Source: Macrostomum lignano
Lineage: Eukaryota
NCBI GenBank assembly: GCA_002269645.1
Contig: NIVC01003716.1
Location: 1-34,850 of the forward strand
Reading direction: 5' to 3'
Length of the DNA stretch: 34,850 bases
How positions within the stretch are numbered: position 1 is the first letter of the stretch; each line of letters opens with the position of its first letter. Position numbers and translations under genes: made by a program. Positions 7,162 through 19,254 of this stretch are shown piece by piece. Below the pieces are notes generated by a model, which had not been told where the DNA came from, ran no database searches, and was given only the letters and a program-made list of their open reading frames with translations.

Positions 7162-8777
7162 ATACACCTCTCAGCCTCGACAGCTCAGCATAATTCACTC
7201 CGTAAGCCTTGACATCTAAAAGCAATTCCCCCGTAAGCCTTTGCGACATCTAAGCAATCCCCCCGTAAGTCTTAACTTGACATCCAAGCAACCCTATGAA
7301 GCGAAAGTCCTCAAGGCCCATGGTCAGAAGAGCGAAAGTGTCTTGATACCTGAATGTCTTTAGCCGACAGCTGATGTCACTAAGGTGGGGTACGTCTGGA
7401 GCCTGCTGGACCTTAGGGAGGGCACCACTTGTCTCTGCTCCGGCAAAATACAGCGGCCGGGTGGTTGTATGCGCCTTGCATACTTGCAACATAGACAACA
7501 TTTTAGCCTTAGGGGTCGCGTCTGACTTTCTGGTAGATTCTGTAGACAATTTTGGTGGCACTGGAGCCGGGACAAACCTGACCAAACTGGCCGTGCTGCC
7601 TGCATATCAGCAGTCAATTGTCGATGATTATACTTTTGCATCGCGTCCTTGGTGCTCAGCTCCCAGGTGTCCGTGCTCAATTGGATGTTCTCCTCAGTCC
7701 TCTTGGTTAGCATGGCCGGTCGAATAAAAGTTTTGAGTACGTTGTTCTTCTTTGCGTTGCAATTCTTTTTGGGGTGGTCTGCCTGCAATTTTCAACGTGA
7801 AAGAAGCAGTGCAGAAATGCAAAATGCTTACTGCATACGGTCGGAAAATGATCCGAGGTCAATACGGTCCGAGGTCACTGCAATGATTCTGTAATGACTT
7901 GAGAACAAAGTCTTGATTAGCTATAGCGCTGGGAAGTGGCTCCCGAGTGGCAGACAGAAACAGAGATGTAAACCAGACCGTATCGTCTAGCTTAATTGCT
8001 ATATACTTCGATCTAGAAAGCCTGAAACCAGAACGCTTTTACAAAATTGGCTATGAAAACAACGAAAACAAAATCAGAAAAGACCTCAATGCAATCCAAA
8101 AAAATTATAGTTTTCTCTCTGATATAGATTGACTTGAAGATCTTTTTGCAGATTTCATACCATAAAGTTCTATCACTGCTTCGTACGAAAGGACCTGTTT
8201 TTTTAAATACCCGAAACTACGATAAGAGGGAATCTTTGTTCTCTACTCTCCTCTTTTTGTTGATATCATGATTGCTTTCTCTTCCTGGGTGCTATCTGTT
8301 TGCATTTCTTCGTTCTTTGAGGCGCTATTTTGTCTTTTTTTCCGCTTTTCTGTGCGTCAAATGTTAGCCTTTCAAAACTTCTCTATGCATTTTTACGCAC
8401 TACGCATACTCTTTCGCATACCCTTTCGCATACTCTTAATTACATACAAATGTTGAAACAAATTATTTACCAGTTAAAACAAATATTTAAAATGCTATTG
8501 TAGTACGGTTATATATGCTTTGATATAGTGACATAAAATACGGTTACTTATCGTTTTTCTTATTCGCGATCAATTTAAAACTAGTCAACATCTTTTCTTT
8601 TTCTTTTCGATTTTTCGTTCGAACTTCATTCGTACCTTATCTCGTAATCTCGTAATCAAAGCAATACATCGTAATTCGTACTCATTTTTGTGCTCATATT
8701 TATACACATCCGTACTCATATTCAATTTATATTCATATTATAATTCCCTTATTTAAATTTTTTAAATTTGTCGTTTC

Positions 8778-9270
8778 GTTGTTAGTCGTCACTTTTCTTA
8801 CAAAAATACCGTAAAAAAGTCTGGCGCGCTTTCAAATACTTTATCTTTTACTTTTTACTTTTATACTTTTATCTCGCAATTAAAGCTATACCTCGTAATT
8901 TGTACTCATTTTTGTATTAATATTTATACTCGTTGTTAGTTGTTAGTCGTCACTTTTCGTCTAAAAATACCGTAAAAATTCTGGCGCGCTTTCAAATACT
9001 TTATCTTTTACAATAACTCAGCAAATCGTCGTCAAATCGTCTTTATAAACTTCTATATTCGAAAATTCCAAATACATAGCTCTATAATATATTGGCCAAA
9101 CAGGCTAATTGCCTGAGCCAAATTCTCTTACTACTACTACTACTACTACGTCGAATCGTCTAAGTTGACTCTTTATAAACTTCTATTTCGAAACTTTTTC
9201 CAGATACATTGCCCTATAATATATTGGCCAAACAGGCTAATTGCCTGAGCCAAATTCTTACTACTACTAC
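8778..9270. repeat. Two pairs of local AT-rich direct duplications
   Basis: GTTAGTCGTCACTTTTC...AATACCGTAAAAA..TCTGGCGCGCTTTCAAATACTTTATCTTTTA at ~8780-8850 and ~8942-9011. CTTTATAAACTTCTAT...CTATAATATATTGGCCAAACAGGCTAATTGCCTGAGCCAAATTCT..TACTACTACT at ~9041-9148 and ~9171-9275. Confidence 0.9.
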
Positions 9271-11093
9271 TACTAATACAAATTAAATTCAAATTCTAGA
9301 AAACTGAGAATGACATATTTAGATTCCTTTCTATTTTTAAAGTCCAAAAATATCTGTGCAATTTTTACTCCAAGCAACTTAGTAGGCTATGAGTATTGAA
9401 TTATAAGGCCACAATTCATAATAAATTTCATGAGAGCTAGCCTGGATGTAATAAACTGAATTGCTAATGTAGCAACCTAGGTTCAATTCTTAGTTAACTT
9501 AGTAGTATCAATTTTTTCTTAACATTTTCTAATTAAAGATTTATTATAAAGAAAGATTATTGTACAAGCTTAAAAATTATTCCATTAGCTTAGAAAGAGA
9601 ATAACGAATAAGTTGAGACATTAATTATAATGCTTAATAATAATAAATTAAAATAAAGTAGTTAGTTTGGGCTGAAACCAAAAGTTGGAGTTTGGGTCAT
9701 AGACAACCTAGCTTGTGTGTGGGCACTCAAAAAAAGTACTTTTATTATGCAAGGACAATGGGAAACAAGGCACTACAATTGCACTAGCTAAGATATTGAT
9801 TATTGCATTAGCTAAAAAAGAACTTTTTTGACTACAAAGTTTATTATTTTATATTATATAACATAAGATAAGAAATATTGCACTAGCTTAAATAGATTAT
9901 TGCACTAGCCTTAGAAAGATTATTGTTCTAGCTAAGACAGATTATTGTGCTGGCTAAAAAAGAATTATTGCAATCAATTGGTCATTTTGTCTGCCGCTAG
10001 TTTGTCTGCCACCCTTTCGTCTGCAAGAATACAATATAGTTGTTTCAGTGTAGGACCAAGACCGCCACACACCAAGACCGCCACACTTGGGGGAGCTAGG
10101 GGAAGAATTTGGCTCGCCATGTTATTGGATGGTGCTGGGGGAGGGGTGAGATGGGGACGACAAGGCCGCGAGAGAGGAACCGGTGAGCGGGCCGGATGGG
10201 TGAGTGATGAGCCCTCCTCGTTTTTTTTCATTCAATTTGAATTGTAAAAGAACTATCAATCCTAAATAAACAGCTACTTTTAGTAGAAAGCTGTGAAAAA
10301 GGCTCTTGACTTAACTGCATTCTTAATTCGCAGTTTCGAATGTGGTCCTTGAGTTGGTTGTCATTGTTATAATTTGTTATAATGTGAGTTTTCATGTGTG
10401 ATTCGAGCATGTCCGATTGCCAATGCAAATTTGCCAATTCGATCGCAGGCAGGCAGGCCAACATGCACTTGTATTTAGAGGTTACGGGATGGTGAGTCGT
10501 GCAGCCATACCATTTTTATTACGTGTACATGTACAGGCTTCCTATAAAAACGACACTCAAGTAGTCCGTGATATGTACAGGTTGTACGAGGCCTGTTAAG
10601 CAGCTTTCATGCTCACTTTAAATCACTCAATCACTAACTCACTCACTCACTCTCTCACCCTCTACATGTATCTCACTCGCTCACTCACTCACTAGCACAC
10701 TGATCACTCACTCAAAAGTTACTGTGATCGCTCTTAATACAATCAAAATGTATGGCACGAAAATGCATGCACATCACATGTACATGTAATCATTTACTTT
10801 GATTTCGGATGTTCTCCCTGTTCATAAAAAAATACGTTCTAAAACTATTTGAACGAATAATAGCTACAATTGTACATTTGTACTGTACATCACATTGGGT
10901 ACCAGTGTACTGGTGCATGTACATGCAGTTCTGATCCCTACCATACAACAGATGGACAGACACTTGCTTTTAATTTACCATGCAATCAATTGGCAATGAT
11001 CGACCTGGTACACAGTATGCGCATTGTGTGATAGATACATGTATATCCATGCTCTGTACAGCTAAATTGGATCAGGAAATCATCTCTCGAGGT

Positions 11094-11904
11094 CAGGGGT
11101 GGTCGGAACCGGGGGGCACGGGGGGTTGGAGCCCCCCCCCCACTTTTTAGCGTGATCCATCAAGTGCCCTTTTTGAATTTTAAGCAAGTGTCGGCCGGTT
11201 TTCGGCTTTGGCTTTTCCGAGTCTTGGAAGCTAAGGGCTGATATAATAGTTAATGTTGTTCTCAATCCCATTTACTACAGTTTTATCTAATGTACCTAAG
11301 CCTAGTGCTTTTAGTGCAGGGGTCAGCAAACTTTTTACCTCAAGGGCCAGATTAAGAACCTAGCGTGGCGCAATGACTGCCCTTCTGGGTCTGCTTCCGT
11401 GGCCCCCCTAACCGAAACGCGCCCAGGAGTCCCTGGTGATTGCAGGCAAGAGAAGGGAGAGGATAGGGAATAGAGAAGAGAACTATACGAGTACGAGCGT
11501 AGGAGAAAGGAGAGGCTAAGGAATAAAGGAGAAGAGAGTAGACGAGAAAAGAGATAAAATAGGAGAGGGGAGATGAATGAGGAGAGTCGAGATATAAGAG
11601 AGAGGAGAGAACGAGCTGATACGAGCTAAGAGAGGAGAGGAGATGATAAGAGAGGAGAGATGAGAGGAGAGGGGAGAGGAGAGGAGATGATAAGAGAAGA
11701 GAGAGGAGAGGAGAGAAGAGTGGAGAGGAGAGGAGAGAGGAGAGGAGATAGGTGAGGAGAGGAGAGGAGAGGAGAGGACAATTTCACAAACTGATATAGC
11801 TAACAGCAGGAGTTTGGGTGCCCTTAGATTAAAAGAAATTATGTGCAATGTGCCCTCCCACCAATAGCCCCCCCCCCACTTTGAAATATGTTCCGACACC
11901 GCTG
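11094..11904. mobile_element. hAT-like non-autonomous element (MITE) with a degenerate 8-bp TSD
   Basis: Left end CAGGGGTGGTCGGAAC; right end GTTCCGACACCGCTG (reverse complement CAGCGGTGTCGGAAC); G/C-run subtermini. Flanks CTCGAGGT (11086-11093) and CTCAAGAT (11905-11912) match 6/8 with two G/A transitions. Confidence 0.65.
11317..11353 (+). mobile_element. Isolated hAT-type terminal sequence nested in the MITE
   Basis: CAGGGGTCAGCAAACTTTTT...AAGGGCCAGATT resembles common animal hAT MITE ends. No partner end found in the window. Confidence 0.45.
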
Positions 11905-12120
11905 CTCAAGATCTCTCTTTAATTCTCTCACACTCTCCTCTCTCACCCTCCCGCCGCTCTCACCCTCTCTCCACTCTCACCCTCTCTCCACTTTCAGCCT
12001 CTCTTTACTCTCAGCCTCTACTCTCAGTCTCTTTCAACTCTCACCCTCTCTCCACTTTCACCCTCTCTTTACTCTCAGCCTCTACTCTCAGTCTCTTTCA
12101 ACTCTCACCCTCTCTCTCCA
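11455..12120. repeat. Adjacent purine-rich (GAGAG-type, ~11455-11775) and pyrimidine-rich (CTCTCA-type, ~11910-12120) low-complexity tracts
   Basis: Direct inspection. Confidence 0.9.
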
Positions 12121-12391
12121 CCGCTAGGTACGCGCGAGTGAATGTCTGCTTTGAGACATTCTGCCGACACCTGAGAGAGGGCACTATGTCGATTGCCGCA
12201 TTTCTCCGGGCCTGCAGCCATATTCATGCGCAACCTGGATGGCAGCAAGAGGGCGAGGATGATGCGCAGCAGAATTGATCGCGATCTCTCCGTTTTGCCT
12301 GATTCAAGGGGACTTTTAATAATCAGCCATTTTACTTAAATCGAGTTATAAATCTCAATTCATTGCTTGCTTAGCAAATAGCTCCCTCAAT

Positions 12392-12551
12392 ATCATTTTT
12401 CGCACGCCATTATATTCTGCACTTTTATTTCAGTCCATATGCGGCGCACAGGTAAAGCGATTAATTATTACCTTCTAACTAATGCCATCATTTTTCGCAC
12501 GCCATTATATTCTGCACTTTTATTTCAGTCCATATGCGGCGCACAGGTAAA
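12392..12551. repeat. Exact 65-bp direct repeat (12392-12456, 12487-12551)
   Basis: ATCATTTTTCGCACGCCATTATATTCTGCACTTTTATTTCAGTCCATATGCGGCGCACAGGTAAA occurs twice. Confidence 0.95.
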
Positions 12552-12841
12552 AAAGAAAAAAATCTGCGTATTCGCTAAATTTGCTTGCATCTTATCTACT
12601 GCACCTTCAGTTTTAGTTCACTGCACCCCCTGCTGGATTGTGGAGGCGGGGGCACATTTGGCTTGTGAGCGCGAATAACAGCTTGGTCAGCCAACTGTCT
12701 CAGGGTTCTTATTAAATCAAGACAGGAAGCAAATACTCTCCACCCAGTTACCACGAATAGATCGTATAGTAACAAAAACAGCTGTACTTAACTTGTTATC
12801 TCTTGTAGGTTCTGAAATTCATCGCTATACGAGCGTATAGG

Positions 12842-15226
12842 CAGGGAATCCTATTTGTTTCACCAGGAACCGACACTGGTCCCGCCCCACCCCACCTCCC
12901 CTACAAGTTGAGGCCCAAGCCTTCGAGCCTTCGAGACGCGGGAGTTTTTGTGAGTAAACCCTTCCTTGTAGGGAGGGTTCCCACAAATGGGGACGAAAAA
13001 TAAGGACATCGAAGTTTATGTGCACAGTAAAAAACAGAATGGGCAGGAGATCCTCGCTGCGCTCCTGTGTACGAGTTCGTGAAACAAAGAGCCTTTCCTG
13101 GGGGACGGAAGTGCATAGGAAAACTAATGTGCGTTCTTCCCTCACACTGTACTCTACTGCATATTATTCACTATTCTTTGCCCCTATATACATTGCGAGT
13201 TTGTCTCGAAGGGCACTGACTCGCAGTCTTCTCAATTCCACTCTATCGCATTTTGAAACTACCTGATCGTTCCCACTATGGGCTACAAGTGCTGCGTTCC
13301 TCTGCGTCATCAACTATGCTCGCTATGAGAAGAATCCAACCGTGACTATCCACAAGTTTCCATCATCTACGCAGTTGGAGCTCCTGAATAAGTGGATCAC
13401 GGCCATTCCAAGCGTGTGGACCGATTCCGAGTTGGAGCAGCTGAGAACAAACCCGAACCACAGCTACAGGGTCTGCTCGCTTCACTTCCCTGAGAAGTAC
13501 TTCGTGATCAACTCTCAGGACTCCAATCCCCACCGCAAACGGACCGAAGCAGATGGTCAGCCTGCAGGCAAGCTAAAGCTTCGGCGTCTAGCCGCTGATG
13601 CCCTGCCTTGCATCTTCCCAAATGCACCCTCCTACCTGAACAAGACCATCACTGAGGAGCGCCCCACTCAGCTGGCATCGGCCGAGACCCGCCGGGAGAA
13701 CGACACGAGGCGGTGCGAGGAAGAAGCAACAGCGACAGAATCCGACAAACCTGGAGAAGACAAACGTCCAGCACGATACCAATGTTTTCAGCGAGTCCAC
13801 AGTGGAGGCTGCCAAGTTCCACAGGTTTCCCATCGGTCTGATCACCTTACAGCTCATTCTGAGTCTGTGGACGATGTGGAATGTTAGGACCACGAAGAAG
13901 GCAAAGGAGAAGCGGCTTCCGGACGCTGCTCCGTTGGTTGTAAATGATCCAAGGCTCTCAAAGCTGCGCCAGTTTGCCACTTTTTTTCATCGATGGGAGA
14001 AGTCAAAGCTGCCTGGCTTGACTGCTCCTACATTCTTAGCCGTGAGATCCTGCTGCCTCACTCTTGCTGACCTCACAGAGCACCTGTTGGCCAAGCATTC
14101 GTTTCCTTCCGTTTTGACAGGCTGCATTGTCAGCGATTGGATTCGGTCGCTACCGCCAATTTCACGGTGGCAACTTCTTCATTTCCGTGCGTCAGATCTT
14201 TCAGGCGGAGAAGATCCGCATCTCGATCTTGCTCAAGTTTCATGGACTTAAGCTGAGGGACTTTCAAATTCTTTATCAAGGAAATCCGTCTGACTTCTCA
14301 AGCCAACTGTTGTCTTTGTCGCTGCCTGGCCTGGAGCATCTGAGTGCTGCTCTTTCATCAACTGATCTGAACCTGTGCTCCTATCTTGGTGGGTATGTCG
14401 CGAAGTCTCTGTGTGGTCAGCTGAAGTGCCAGGATTGCAGGAACTTCCTGGTCACTGCCGACTATTTGGAGTTCCTAATCCTATCCGATGATGAGGCCCG
14501 CGCTGAGGATTTTGCCTTGATCCAGATGCGTGATCGTTGTGGTCTGAAGTGCCCCAGTGACTTCTTGTTTCTTTTAATGAAGGTATCCTACTTCGTGTTC
14601 GGCCACCTGAAGGATAAGAGTTTGCTGACTGCTGATCTGCTGTACTCAGGAGGAGCCGTTCAGAGTATCGTGGAGCTCTACCAAGATTGCATCAGCAGAT
14701 CCGGTGAGTTCCGCGACATGCTGAAACAGAAGTGTCCTTGCGGAAGACCTGGGGTTATTTTCTCCTCCAGGATCCTCACCCCAGCAGTCAAGAATCTATC
14801 TGAAGAATTTCGTGAATGAGACCAACGACAACTTGAAGAACGAGAAAGCTTTAAAGAGAAAGAAGGTAAAGTTATCGGGTGAGTGAGTCTGTCTGTAGTC
14901 CTACTGGAGTCAATGAGTCTTGAAGAATTGCTTTTCAGTGGGAGTTCTTGCCTGTCATTTGCCAGTGCAATGGAGGATTTTTATATTGATTTATTCTCCA
15001 AAATTGAGCAATATAGAACATATATATTAAATTAATGCAGCGAATATTTTCTTCGAAACTGTCTTAATTATTTTTGTTTACTTCTTTTCAACGATTTCTT
15101 ATGCGAAAGGCATGCTAACCAGGCAAGAAATTGGGGGAATGGGGAGGGGACTTGGGCCTCAACTTGTAGACCCCATTTTTCAGTGTCGCTTCCTGGGGAG
15201 CGCAGCGAGCCAATAGGATTCCCCTG
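12842..15226 (+). mobile_element. P-superfamily (THAP/Galileo-like) DNA transposon, internally deleted and non-autonomous
   Basis: TIRs CAGGGAATCCTATT / AATAGGATTCCCCTG. Exact 19-bp subterminal inverted repeat CTACAAGTTGAGGCCCAAG (12901-12919 vs 15151-15169); GGAACCGACACTG vs CAGTGTCGCTTCC. Perfect 7-bp TSD GTATAGG at 12835-12841 and 15227-15233. Confidence 0.92.
13278..14886 (+). pseudogene. THAP-domain P-element transposase remnant (THAP9-like)
   Basis: ATG 13278 MGYKCCVP, then a frameshift into CVINY...HKFP...KW...RVCSLHF...ALPCIFPN (C2CH THAP). A junction at ~13730 leads directly into the C-terminal half (NPTNLEKTNV..NVFSESTV...WNVRT...DPRL..L..F...GLTAPTF...VLTG). The catalytic D-x-x-E region is broken at ~14135-14145 before FGRYRQFHGGNFFISVRQI. 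A last frameshift at ~14800 precedes ...KRKKVKLSGE*. Confidence 0.9.
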
Positions 15227-15288
15227 GTATAGGCTACATGCAACGGCCGTGCATTTTTAAAATACCAAGCCATAAATCTTGAACGGAA

Positions 15289-15410
15289 CAAGGGGCGTAC
15301 TCAAAAAATTTTAGGGGGGGGGTGGTTACGGAGAGAGGTGGCACTGGCAAGAGGGGGCAGACCCCGGAATTTTCCTCCCTCGACCCCCCCCCCTCTGGGT
15401 GCAACCCCTG
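15289..15410. mobile_element. Short MITE-like element
   Basis: Ends CAAGGGGCGTACTC / GGGTGCAACCCCTG with internal G- and C-runs; TSD not convincing. Confidence 0.45.
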
Positions 15411-16555
15411 AACTGCATGGATTCGAGTCGAGCTTAAAAAACTGTTTGTATATATAACTGTGAGTTCCAATTAATGTACTGAATTCAAGAGGAGGGCACA
15501 AAAAAGATTTGGATAGTAACGGATTTTTTACGAGGGGCCGGCGTTAGAGATATAGCTATCAAATATTCCAAAATAGCTGCGGGTATTCAATATAGTGTGA
15601 TCAGATTGAATTCAATTAAATTCCGAGCAACGTATGTGGGCGTGGCATCTATACTGTATAGTTGGTGTTCCCATGTGTAATAGTGCAACCAAGCGAGGCC
15701 CCCGGAGCGAAAACCTGGATCTGCCAAGTACAGCATGAGCATGAGGTCATGACCTCAGAAGTACATGCAAACTTTGATGGGACTAAAAGAAGTCTATCTA
15801 AAATAAAAAATGATTGTGCCATTGGTCCGATCGTATAGTATTTTGCATATTTCGCATGTCCGATACTAGCTACAACTGTACTAACAGATGAATGCAAGCA
15901 TTTTGAAAAGTATGCAACCTTTGTTTTCTAACAATTTGTTCGCTAAATCTCCCTTCGATCTGCCCTATCCACTGATATCTTCAAGTTTGCAGATTTTTCA
16001 CCAAATTCAAGCATCTCCACCGCATGGACTCCCGAAATATAAACGGAGCGCATCACACCGCAATACTTATTTGCGAGCGGCAAGGCTCAGACTACAGTTT
16101 GTACTTTAAAAACGGCTTTTTGATTTCGCAAATATTTCCTTTTTGCATAACGCTGAATGCCTGAATGTGATTTCAGCTGCAAAAATTTGACTGCTATTGA
16201 TAATTCCTGATCGGCTAGAAAAAACGTCACAGATAGATTGGATAACGTGTACATGTACATGTACCTTTGCACTTATATGCACATACGTGCATCTCTGTAT
16301 TACATTTATTACATTAAATGTATCAAGAAGTTTGGTATATTTTGAAGAGATGTCAGAATTGTCAAAATCAGTATTTATCGATCAGTACCCTTTGAAAAAA
16401 TGCATGTACATGTAGCTCACACTGTACCTGTGCAAAGTTGCCGCAGTGCGCGAGAGTAAAGGATATTTGCATTTAAAAATCGGAGGCAAAAGATCAAATG
16501 TGTGAAAAATGCTGTAATTTATTATAGTGCCTGAAATTCAGAAATGAATTAAAAG

Positions 16556-16795
16556 CGAGAGAGTGAGTGAGTGAGTGAGTGAGTGAGTGAGTAAGAGAGT
16601 GAGTGAGTGAGTGAGTGAGTGAGTGAGTGAGTGAGTGAGTAAGAGAGTGAGAGTGAGAGAGTGAGTGAGTGAGGGAGAGTGAGTGTAGGAGTGAGTGTGA
16701 GAAAGTGTGTGAGTGATCTGAGTGAGTGAGTGAGAGTGAGTGTCAGTGTGGGAGTGGGTGTGAAATGAGTGAGACAGAGAGAGTGAGTGAGAGAG
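16556..16795. repeat. (GAGT)n microsatellite
   Basis: Direct inspection. An opposite-orientation (ACTC)n tract lies at ~10622-10715. Confidence 0.97.
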
Positions 16796-18532
16796 ATCGA
16801 GATCTCCTTACCCCTCTCCATATATTCTCTCATTACATGTGCATGTAAATTTACTCTCATCCCCTCCCTTTGCTTTCTCCGAAATTCTCGGCTTTGAGTA
16901 CACAATAAAATACACACAGTGCTCGTACATTTCCAGACATTCTCATAGGCATTGGGCCTAAGATGCGCTTTTTCTGTTATGTGAGTGAACGATAGTTGTT
17001 AACTTGCTTTCGTCAAAATACATGTAAACCTTCGTCAAAATGAATGGCACCTCTAAATCCACGTACCATAGCACATATCAAGACGCTTAGATTTGTTTGT
17101 CCGTAATGCACTACGCACCCAGACGCCGAATATACGAATGTGCGAGCTCGTAAAAAAACTTTTCAAATTGCAGCAACCTGCAATTGCATTTTGAGAGGCG
17201 CTTTTTTGAAAATGAAGTTAAGTCTAATTATTCAAGCTTTTGCTTTCAAAAGCATTATTCATGCTCATCTACTGCTAAAAGTAACAAATGGTGGTTTTGT
17301 TAAAGATATTGTTAAAATTGCCCTGGTTGACTTGCAATCGTTTTGGGCCACTTATTCGTGACCAATCTTGGGACGCTTCCTCCTCATCCAACTCCACAAC
17401 CCATCACAACCAATAGCAATGCTGGAAGATTAGTAGCTCCCCCTCAATTCCAGTAGCCAGTAAGAGCTGTGGCGGTCTTGGTGTGTGGCGGTCTTGGTCG
17501 TGCGCCGTTGTTTCATCTGCCAATGAATAGTAAAGTTTTAATAATTGTAAATATGTCAGTTGTTGTCATTAATTTGAGATTTGAGATATTTGAGATAACA
17601 GTGATTAAGATATCGGGATCATTTCTTAGTAATAATGACTTAAATGAGTAATTTCTGAATATTTTTGTTTATATTTAATAAACTACGCAATTGAACAAAT
17701 TCAATGCATTTTCGTCATGATATGGCATAACGCCATACTATCTCTTAACTTTCTCAAAGCTTCAAAGCTCAAAAGCAATTAGTCGAGTTAGAATTATTTT
17801 ACTTATTATAAGTAAGTTACATGCGCACAAATCATAAATCCCATTCACAGCTCACTACATAGATTCAATTAATGCTTATATACGAATACTTGTATTTAGC
17901 CTTTTTCACCGGTAGACGAAAAGGCGGCAGACAAAATGACCATGCAGCCTCTAGTTTTGCACATTTAATTATTTTTCAAAAATGGTGACACTGACACTTA
18001 GTTATTGCGAGTAAAATATTTGAGCTTGCATAAGTTTATAAGACATGGCAGTGTGTCAATTTTATGTCTATGGTTATTACTATTAGTTTGAGATGGCTAA
18101 AGGCTATATCTATGGCAAAAACCTGCTCCCAGTCCTTGTTTTTTTAAAGGGACTAAGGTGGGAGGGAGGGACTAGGAGTCCAAGAGATTTTTTTGCCTTG
18201 CTTGCTTTCTTGTGCAATCTTGATTGTCAATCTTGAGCAATAACTCTTCTAGATCATGGCTAAATTTAGATGCCCTGTAGCACCCACTAGCATAAGCCCA
18301 GTTCAGGGCCATGCATGGCATATCTAAGGCCCTATTTGATACCTACCTAGACATACTTGGCATGGCGCAACCTAGGGATTCACCTGGCCATTTCTATTGG
18401 CAACGTACATATATGTAAGTTGCTATTGGACAGAATAGTAGTCATGTGACTGCTCTCAGCCAATAGCAACTTCCATGTGTGTGTAATCTTAATAAAAATG
18501 GCCGGGTGATTCCTAGGGTTGCGCATGTGCAC

Positions 18533-18660
18533 TAGTGATAGATCCAAATATTCGGATTTGGATTCCAAATCCGAAAAAAATGTCTCACTTTTTTAGAAAT
18601 CCAAATGTTTCGGATTCGGAAATTTTATTTTCCAAATTTCCAAATGTGCTTCCGAATATG
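18533..18660. repeat. ATTCGGATT/AATCCGAA motif cluster, probable MITE end
   Basis: TAGTGATAGATCCAAATATTCGGATTTGGATTCCAAATCCGAA...TTCGGATTCGGAA resembles subterminal arrays of animal hAT-derived MITEs. Confidence 0.4.
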
Positions 18661-19254
18661 AAAAAATCAAAAATTCAAAACAAAATTATGCTAACGTAAC
18701 AGAAATACAACTTTTTAAAAAGAAAGTCTGATGAGGACGCACTTTTTCCCAAATCCCGCGCTAGCACATGGGCTCTAAACTTACTTGCCTACTAACAGTG
18801 GGCAAGGGGCATTTTTATCTTTTTTCTGCGAATTTTCATAGAATCTATACTAGATATAATGTCTGGTCATACTAGTAGTCATAATAACATAGGCATTGCT
18901 TTTTGGGTCATAAATCATCGCTTTCGTAGCTGGTCTGACAGCCACCTGCGCCTCACTCAGTGTTGAGACGGGCGCCAGATGGTCTGAGAGGATGCGGGCG
19001 GTAGCTTTTTTCTCATCATTTTGACAGGCCATCAAGATTTATGAGGTCAGAGCCTATTGTTCGGATTCACTCAAGCGTGTGACAGCTTTGACAGCTATGC
19101 GTTTTACCCCTAAAAGTACTTTGGGATTAGCGATTAGCAATTTCTCTTCATTATCTTCACTTTCTATTTAATAAGAGCTTTCTAATGTATATTTTTTCAT
19201 TAATTTCTGTCAATCCTACGCGAAAAGTCATAAATCATTTTGTTGCGATTTTGG

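Noticed and set aside
9128-9150. ACTACT runs as another Polinton end
   Set aside because: A simple (CTA)n microsatellite within a local duplication, with no TIR or viral genes adjacent.
11516-12127. Ser/Leu-rich ORFs
   Set aside because: Translations of GA/CT low-complexity tracts.
16549-16917. THSL-repeat ORF
   Set aside because: Translation of the (GAGT)n microsatellite.
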